The notes under the pieces are model-generated. The model was not told where the DNA came from. It saw only the letters and a program-made list of their open reading frames with translations, and ran no database searches. 64,000 bases of DNA, from the NCBI GenBank assembly GCA_951406725.2, contig OX597822.1, positions 66,650,001 through 66,714,000 on the forward strand, read 5' to 3'. The translations under genes and the position numbers were made by a program. Shown in pieces: positions 56,494 to 64,000 of the stretch (its first letter is position 1; each line of letters begins with the position of its first letter). The stretch comes from Octopus vulgaris. Taxonomy: Eukaryota.

Positions 56494-56889
56494 ATCTACA
56501 CCTATCATATTGTTAAGGACTATTTCGTGCCTAATCTTTTATCTATATTTCGCACATACCTCAGAGTTAGTTCCCTTCGTCCTTCCGTACATATTCCGTT
56601 ACACTAGTAATTACTAAGGAGCTATAGCATTTCAAGTTACTTTAGTCTTCTTGTATATGTGGTTATCATCTACCATATCACGTTTCACTAAACGCGTTTC
56701 TTTCCTCCTATCTTACACCATAAACAACCTTCTATACATATATATATGCGTGTGTGTGTGTGCGTGTGTGTGTGAGTGTGTGTGTGAATGTATCTTACAT
56801 TTTATTCATAAACGTTGAAGCTTTAGAAACAACACAAGTTGCTCTGCCTTCATTGAGTCAAACATGAAAGGTTTTGTATAAAACCTCCA

Positions 56890-56924
<35 letters not shown>

Positions 56925-56932
<8 letters not shown>

Positions 56933-57100
56933 ATAATATGTTACATTACTCGAGAGTCAAGATAAAACTCTGAGTTTCAGATACCGAAGTGGGAATCCAC
57001 GACATCTCTTCGGTTACATATTATTGTATAGATAAATTTCCTCTATTTACATAATATTGAGGTCTCTTTCTTTCTTTTGTTATCTTACCGTTTTACCAAT
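56925..57100. mobile_element. Miniature Naiad-type PLE insertion: inverted hammerhead segment plus forward 3-prime tail, in (AT)n
   Basis: 56925-57016 matches 58221-58311 (minus sense); 57016-57100 matches 60849-60930 (plus sense). Confidence 0.88.
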
Positions 57101-57104
57101 ATAT

Positions 57105-57177
<73 letters not shown>

Positions 57178-57789
57178 TGTATACAGGTAGCAAAGAAAGA
57201 TAAATCATTTTTTCGATTACATAGAGAAATGATTCTGCCGTTTCAAGGAATGTCTGTCAGTAATTATTTTATTTATTCCATGGAAGATTCATCAAGAAAA
57301 TTACATCAACGGAAAACAAGATTAGATTGTTATACTACCGGCAAAATAACGTACAATTTTATTCTTTGCAATATATAATGTTTTTATTTCTAAAGCTCAT
57401 ATTAAATGAAGATTGATCACTTTTCTCAATAGTATATATATTAATGAACTTACGATTTATTAAAATATGCATCTGTTTTCTTTCTGTTTATCTCTCCACT
57501 ATTCTAACTCTCTAATTTCGAGTCTCTTTTGCATTCTCACTGCCTCTCTCTCACTTTCCCTTCATTTCCGTCTTCAGTTTCCTTGGGCACCGTTTCCAAT
57601 TTTCTAACAGTAATTGCAAAAGCTATATTTATAAAATAATCTATTATAGTTATTAGAAAATACATTTCTACTTTATCTTTTCCAGAGAGATATGCTCTTT
57701 AAACATTAAACCTGCTTGTAATCAATATTCTAAGTAGCATACGTTATATTTATATTGTTTTTTCCATATCTTACAATGGATATATATAT

Positions 57790-57829
<40 letters not shown>

Positions 57830-58198
57830 ACGAGTGGCTGTGTGGTAAGTAGCTTGCTACCGACCACATGGTTCCGGGTTCAGTCCCACTGCGTGGCACC
57901 TTGGGCAAGAGTCTTCTACTATAGCCTCGGGCCGACCAACGCCTAGTGAGTGGATTTGGTAGACGGAAACTGAAAATATATATGTATATATATATGTGTG
58001 AGTTTGTGTATCTGCGTTTATCCCCACAACATTGCTTGACAACCGATGTTGGTACATCCCTGTAGCTTAGCGGTTCGGCAAAAGAGGCCGATGGAATAAG
58101 TACTAGGCTTACAAAAATAAGTCATGGGGGCGATTTTCTCGACTAAAGGCGATGCTCCAGTATGACCACAGTCAAATGACTGAAACAAGTAAAAGAGT
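57830..58198 (+). mobile_element. SINE family 2, full bipartite copy
   Basis: GTGGCTGTGTGGTAAGTAGCTTGC head to ACAAGTAAAAGAG tail. Confidence 0.9.
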
Positions 58199-58498
58199 AT
58201 ATATATATATATATATATATCTATACAATATGTTACATTACTCGGTAGTCAAGATAAAACTCTGAGTTTCAGATGCCGAAGTGGAAATCCACAACACCAT
58301 CTCTTCGGTTATCTGGCTATTTGAAAACGTTATGAAAAAATACCGTTAAAAATGAAGGGAAATTACTCTGTTATAACTCTGCTTTGCCTGCGTACTTATA
58401 CATCGCTCGCATTTTTCGTCATAAAAATTATATAAAAATACATAAAAATATATAAAAATATATAAAATCTTCTTGGGACATAACACAGAAAGCATGTT

Positions 58499-59677
58499 CT
58501 ATCCGTTTTCTTTAGGGGACCAAAAACGTAACAGAAATTTAGTCACATGTGGGCATGATCCGAAAAGCTCTGTCCTTGTATTTAGACATGTGGTAGGGTC
58601 TAAGCTGCTTTTCCAGATAAGCCATCTCTCCATGTCGCATAAACCGCACCTTCCGCTGCCGTTAGTATAGGGCTTACATCTGGCCAAAATCTTCCATTGT
58701 ATGTTATAATCGACACCTTTATCTCTTAAAGACCAAATATGATTGGATAATTGTGTCGCTTTTCTTTTGTTCCAGTGCCTAAAGCTCAAAGTGTGGTTAT
58801 TGAACCTGGCCTTGAAATTACCCTCTGTCAGGCCCACGTATTTCTTCGTCGAAACGGTGTCTTTAGTGGTTATAGAGTTTACGGTAGCTTCATATATGAT
58901 GGTCTTGGACATGCAAGCTCCATTTAGCGGGCACAATTCTTTATTCCTGCATGAACAGCTGTTTTCTTCTTGTGTTTTTTGTATGTTATGATTGATTATG
59001 TTTTTAAAATTGGTAGTTGAACTAAAACTAATTTTTAAATTGTGTCTATTGAAGAGTTTCCTATAAGCATGGTTAACTGGAAAATGTCTATCTATCAGTG
59101 CTAGGAAATATTTACCTATATTGAAGGCCACCTCGGGTGAGTAAGGGGGCGTAAACCAGATGACCTTCCTATTTCTATTATTCCTTTTCCTTATTGTTGG
59201 GCTGGTGATAGGTGTATATTTTATTTTTTCGCTAAAACCACTATCTTTTAAAGCTTTATTATAAACTGGGGCAACGCTATTGAAGATGTCCTCATTAGAT
59301 GAGAGGCTAGAAATCCTCTTACTAATATTTTAAACTAAATTTTTGAATACTATAGGGGGATGGCATGAACCTACATTAATATAACTTAGTCTATCATTGG
59401 GCTTCCTATAAGGCTTATAAATATTATTATTAAGATCTAAGGAAACGTCTAAGAAATTGACAACCGTCAGGTTAGTGTCTATAGTTATACTAAGTCCGAA
59501 GTGTTTCATTAACTGGATAATATCCTTCCTAAAACGATCTTGTGCTGGTCCATTTGTATTAGCTGTTAAGGCGAGGGCATCATCTTTGTAGATGGCGAAA
59601 TGTACGTTAGGGAATGTCTTACCGAAGGTATCTAGGAGAAAGAGTCCAATTAGATCACAGATGCCTGCCCCATCATA
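58499..59677 (-). pseudogene. PLE RT C-terminus + thumb + GIY-YIG endonuclease (one in-frame TAA)
   Basis: YDGAGICDLIG..AIYKDD (59590-59579)..NFLDV..SCHPP..TAA 59330-59332..WFTPPYS..CSC..CPLNGAC..IIYEA..YVGLTE..CGLC..LN.R.EL..CPH, all in one frame. Confidence 0.9.
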
Positions 59678-59680
59678 TAG

Positions 59681-60583
59681 CCCAATGATAGACTAAGTTA
59701 TATTAATGTAGGTTCATGCCATCCCCCTATAGTATTCAAAAATTTAGTTTAAAATATTAGTAAGAGGATTTCTAGCCTCTCATCTAATGAGGACATCTTC
59801 AATAGCGTTGCCCCAGTTTATAATAAAGCTTTAAAAGATAGTGGTTTTAGCGAAAAAATAAAATATACACCTATCACCAGCCCAACAATAAGGAAAAGGA
59901 ATAATAGAAATAGGAAGGTCATCTGGTTTACGCCCCCTTACTCACCCGAGGTGGCCTTCAATATAGGTAAATATTTCCTAGCACTGATAGATAGACATTT
60001 TCCAGTTAACCATGCTTATAGGAAACTCTTCAATAGACACAATTTAAAAATTAGTTTTAGTTCAACTACCAATTTTAAAAACATAATCAATCATAACATA
60101 CAAAAAACACAAGAAGAAAACAGCTGTTCATGCAGGAATAAAGAATTGTGCCCGCTAAATGGAGCTTGCATGTCCAAGACCATCATATATGAAGCTACCG
60201 TAAACTCTATAACCACTAAAGACACCGTTTCGACGAAGAAATACGTGGGCCTGACAGAGGGTAATTTCAAGGCCAGGTTCAATAACCACACTTTGAGCTT
60301 TAGGCACTGGAACAAAAGAAAAGCGACACAATTATCCAATCATATTTGGTCTTTAAGAGATAAAGGTGTCGATTATAACATACAATGGAAGATTTTGGCC
60401 AGATGTAAGCCCTATACTAACGGCAGCGGAAGGTGCGGTTTATGCGACATGGAGAGATGGCTTATCTGGAAAAGCAGCTTAGACCCTACCACATGTCTAA
60501 ATACAAGGACAGAGCTTTTCGGATCATGCCCACATGTGACTAAATTTCTGTTACGTTTTTGGTCCCCTAAAGAAAACGGATAG
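59681..60583 (+). pseudogene. Second, shorter copy of the same PLE thumb + GIY-YIG region
   Basis: ORF 59951-60583 identical to 58499-59131; same TAA at 59750-59752. Confidence 0.9.
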
Positions 60584-60767
60584 AACATGCTTTCTGTGTT
60601 ATGTCCCAAGAAGATTTTATATATTTTTATATATTTTTATGTATTTTTATATAATTTTTATGACGAAAAATGCGAGCGATGTATAAGTACGCAGGCAAAG
60701 CAGAGTTATAACAGAGTAATTTCCCTTCATTTTTAACGGTATTTTTTCATAACGTTTTCAAATAGCC

Positions 60768-60830
60768 AGATAACCGAAGAGATGGTGTTGTGGATTTCCA
60801 CTTCGGCATCTGAAACTCAGAGTTTTATCT
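60768..60830 (+). ncRNA. Atypical type I hammerhead ribozyme (CCGAAGA core); mirror copy at 58252-58314 on minus
   Basis: AGAUAA-CCGAAGA-GAUG..GUGG(auuu)CCAC..CAUC-u-GAAA-CUcagAG-UU-UUAUCU: 6-bp stem I, GUU triplet; U4C change and an extra U before G12 are non-canonical. Confidence 0.65.
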
Positions 60831-60928
60831 TGACTACCGAGTAATGTAACATATTGTATAGATAAATTTCCTCTATTTACATAATATTGAGGTCTCTTTC
60901 TTTCTTTTGTTATCTTACCGTTTTATCA

Positions 60929-60979
<51 letters not shown>

Positions 60980-61141
60980 GTGTGTGTGATTGTGTATAGA
61001 AGAATATATTAATAAAAAGAATTCCAACCTTGTCTGATTTTCACGTTTTATTTACAATCTTATAATGATATATTATAAGATAATATATTATAATTGAGTA
61101 AAATAAAATGAAATAGTAGAATGTTAAATATTCATTCTGAT

Positions 61142-61186
61142 TGAACTAGTACTTTCATGCATTGAATTCTGCAATCTTCGGGTTCA
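61142..61186 (-). ncRNA. Minimal type I hammerhead ribozyme (CCGAAGA core)
   Basis: UGAAC-CCGAAGA-uUGCA(gaauucaa)UGCAu-GAAA-GUAC-UA-GUUCA: 5-bp stem I, palindromic AGUACU stem III, CUA triplet. Confidence 0.8.
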
Positions 61187-61234
61187 TGTAGTAGTGTTGA
61201 CAGTCATGCTTCACAATTTTTGACTGTAGCAAGA

Positions 61235-61365
61235 TGAGTGATTCTGTGCTATAAATACAGCTGGGTAGGCTCCAGAGTGCTAGGTTTTGCAAACTGTATT
61301 CTGACCAATCAGTGTGTAGTATCACTCAATTACTTAAGCTGATTGGTTGGTTGAGCTGATTGGTT
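61235..61365. promoter_or_regulatory. Putative pLTR promoter: three CCAAT boxes and a TATA-like motif
   Basis: CCAATCAG at 61305 (+), and on minus at 61342-61346 and 61359-61363; TATAAATA/TATTTATA at 61250-61257, about 65 nt upstream of the hammerhead in element orientation. Confidence 0.5.
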
Positions 61366-61680
61366 TAGGCATCACGCTTTGTTGGACAGGTCAAGAGTCC
61401 TGTATCTTGACCCTGGCCGAAGCAGCAATTGTTGGGTTATTTTTAGAAATGTTGTAAATATCCTTTGTCAGAGATTTTTATATTTTTATATTTCAATTGT
61501 CATCATCATCATTGTCAGCACCTTAATTATTGTTGCTAGTGGTGATGGTGGTGGCAATAGAACTTTTAACCCTAAATAAGATAATTTTCCTGCTATCTTC
61601 GTCTTGATCACCTTTAGTATTGTTGTTGTTGTTAGTGGTCATGGTCGTAGCAGTGGAAGTAATACCTCTAAGTATTATTA

Positions 61681-63999
61681 TTATTGCTTATTTAGCTTGG
61701 GTTCGAATTTATCAATAAAATTCTTTTCTCTGATTTTCCTCTCGATTTCACTTGGGCTGTGTAATTTGTAGAATGGAAATATTATATATATTTTCCGACC
61801 ACATGTTGCTAGGTGGTTACTCAAAGGTATCTGACGGACCTCTGGGTCTCTAATCTGTTGCCGGTGTACACGTGAGCGTTCTAATAGTGCGTTTCCCGTC
61901 TGACCTACATATATTTCTTCACAATTTGGGCATTTGATGCAGTAAATTAAATTTCTGCTTTTGCAGTTCATATTCGCGTTTGTGAATATTTTCCCGGTTT
62001 TTGTGTTTATATATTGACCGGTATGTATGAATTGGCATGTGCCACATCGGCTATCATTGCATTTAGATACCGTGAATGTTTGGTCTTTGTTGCTGAGGTC
62101 AAATTTTGCCTTTGTTAGTAATGTTTTCAAGTTTTTAGGCTGTCTTTTACTAAGCACCATAGCTCGATCCTTGATTATGTCTTTTAATTCATTACTTTGG
62201 GCAATGATTGGAAGGTTTGCTTTGGCAATGTTGAAGATATTCTGGTGACATGGGTTGTGTGTCACTATGAATGGTATGACTTGTTCTTGTTTTCCTCTTC
62301 CTTGGGTTGTCCTAAGTTGTTGTATAGGTATTTTTATAGCCCGCTGTATGCCATTTTCTATAAGTAGAGATGGGTATTTTTGTTTGAGCAAAAATTCTCT
62401 TAGTTCTATTAGGCGTTTGTTCCTGATATTTGCATCTTCTACAATAGTACAAATTCTTCTGGCTAGGCAGTATGGGATGTTACGTTTTGTATGTGGTGGA
62501 TGGCACGACTTAAAATTTAGGTATTGATGTGTGTCTGTGTGTTTATAGTATATATCTGTGGTGATGGTGGTGTCATTTTTAATTACCATTATATCCAGGA
62601 ATGGTAATTTGGTACTACTCATCTCCTTTGTAAATTTGAGAGATGGGTGTAGGTTGTTCAGGAGGATATTGAACTCTTCCAGAGTATTTAGAGATTATGT
62701 CCAGATTATGAAACAGTCGTCTAGGTATCTCTTCCATGCCTTTTCAATATACTTTCTAAATCCAGTGCCATAGTTTACCTCCACCTCTTGGTAGAGTTGT
62801 TCTTCTAAGTATCCCATTACAGAGTTGGCGTAAACGGGAGCAAACCTCGTTCCCATCGCCGTGCCTCTAATTTGGATGTAATTCTTTCCATTGAAGAAGA
62901 ATGTGTTATTTTCTAGAATAAGTTTGACTGTGTCTAATATAAATGCCACTGTGAATCTGCTGGGAATCACTTCTCTATGTTTTTCTAACCAGTATTTAAT
63001 CGCCTTTATTCCTAAATCGTGTGGAATATTGGTGTAGAGGCTTACCACATCAAAACTTAGCAAAACTGAATTTGTTTCTGTTGTTTTGGGAAGATGGGAC
63101 AGGAAGTCGATGTCATCCCTGATGAAACTTGGTATGTAAGTACATAGTGGTTTCAAAACAATGTCAATAAAATTGCTTAGACGGTGTGTAGGGCATGCTG
63201 GACCAGCTATAATAGGTCTAAGTTTTAGGTCTTTTGGATGTAATAATTTTATGTACTCACTTTCTTGTTCTTTTACTGCCTGTTGAATGTTTTTTGATTT
63301 GTGTATTTTTGGTAAGCCGTAGAAGTTGCTGGGTTTTGGTTCAAAATTGGTGATGTAGTCTTTTTCATTATCCGTAAGTGAGTTGTGGTGTGTTGAAATC
63401 AGGTTGTTGATCTTTTTCATGATGTGGTGGTCTATATTTGCGGGTATTTCACAATAGAAGGTTGTATCCTTCAGTTGGTCTTCAACCAAATCCTTATAGT
63501 ATTCGGTATCCATAATAACAATTGCACCACCTTTATCTGCTTGTTTAATTATTATTGTTTGATCGTTTTGTATACGTTTACATGCAGACATCTCTGATTT
63601 GCTAATGTTTGGCCTAACATTGGTATTGCGTCTAAGGGGAAATTTAGACAGGATATCAATGTATTGGTCAAGGTAGTTATTTCTTCCTTTTGGTGGGGTG
63701 AAATTTGATTTATTCCTTACTAGGGATTCATCAATCTCATTACTTTTGTTAGCGAAGAATTCTACAAGTCGTAATTTTCGACAGAATTTTTGGATATCCT
63801 CCTTTAATTCTTGGTGGTTGGCTGTTGGTGTAGGTGTGAATTTCAGTCCTTTTGACAGAAGTTGGATTTCATCATTGTCAAGATCTCTTTTTGATAAATT
63901 AATTATTTTAGGATCTATACGTTCAGTTGTTTGGGGTATGTTTCCTCTTGGATTTTTTCTTTCTCCGGTGTTTGTTGTCCTGACGTAAAAAAATGGATT
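61681..63999 (-). pseudogene. PLE reverse transcriptase + GIY-YIG endonuclease, single premature stop
   Basis: One frame: IINLS..LLSKGLKFTPTP..ADKGG..YGLPKIHK..LRPII..SFDVVSLYTNIP..GTAMG..RYLDD, TAA 62695-62697, then LPFLD..SCHP..CNDSRCGTC..LIYCIKC..YVGQTG..PKLN; ORFs 62695-63591 and 61681-62622 are in frame. Confidence 0.95.
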
Positions 64000-64000
64000 T

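Larger units (their letters stand above)
58218..60930. mobile_element. Naiad-type Penelope-like element: two 5-prime-truncated copies head-to-head (1186-bp inverted arms, 275-bp spacer)
   Basis: Arms 58218-59403 and 59679-60864 (coordinates sum to 119082 throughout; three ORF pairs translate identically); spacer continues the RT frame on the minus strand; (AT)n on both flanks. Confidence 0.93.
60990..64000 (-). mobile_element. Neptune-type Penelope-like element, continuing beyond the window edge
   Basis: Long RT-EN frame, 3-prime pLTR region with promoter motifs and hammerhead, ends next to (AT)n; left boundary approximate. Confidence 0.93.

Noticed and set aside
58499-60583. Pair of intact stand-alone nuclease genes (210 aa each)
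   Set aside because: The starts are GTG inside a longer interrupted RT-EN frame; they are truncated PLE copies.
58499-60760. Selenoprotein/SECIS, as reported for some Naiad elements
   Set aside because: The only internal stop is TAA, not TGA; Cys motifs use Cys codons; I could not fold a convincing SECIS after the ORF.

Overview
AT-rich, repeat-saturated animal DNA (intergenic or large-intron-like) with no host protein-coding gene that I can support; most listed ORFs are microsatellite translations. The SINE families and microsatellite load suggest an octopod cephalopod (inference from recall, not a database search). Contents: many tRNA-derived SINEs (about 5 families), decayed mariner elements and MITEs, R4/Dong-like and RTE LINE fragments, and several Penelope-like elements (PLEs). 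The PLE material is the most notable part: (i) a near-intact Neptune-type RT + GIY-YIG ORF running off the right edge; (ii) a Naiad-type PLE forming a palindrome with 1186-bp arms, plus a 176-bp miniature with the same end geometry about 1.1 kb upstream; (iii) eight type I hammerhead ribozyme motifs read by eye from five element families, with core variants CUGACGA, CUGAAGA, UUGAAAA and CCGAAGA, palindromic or near-palindromic stem III, and one orphan canonical copy at 36.2 kb. All structures were read manually; no folding or homology search was run.
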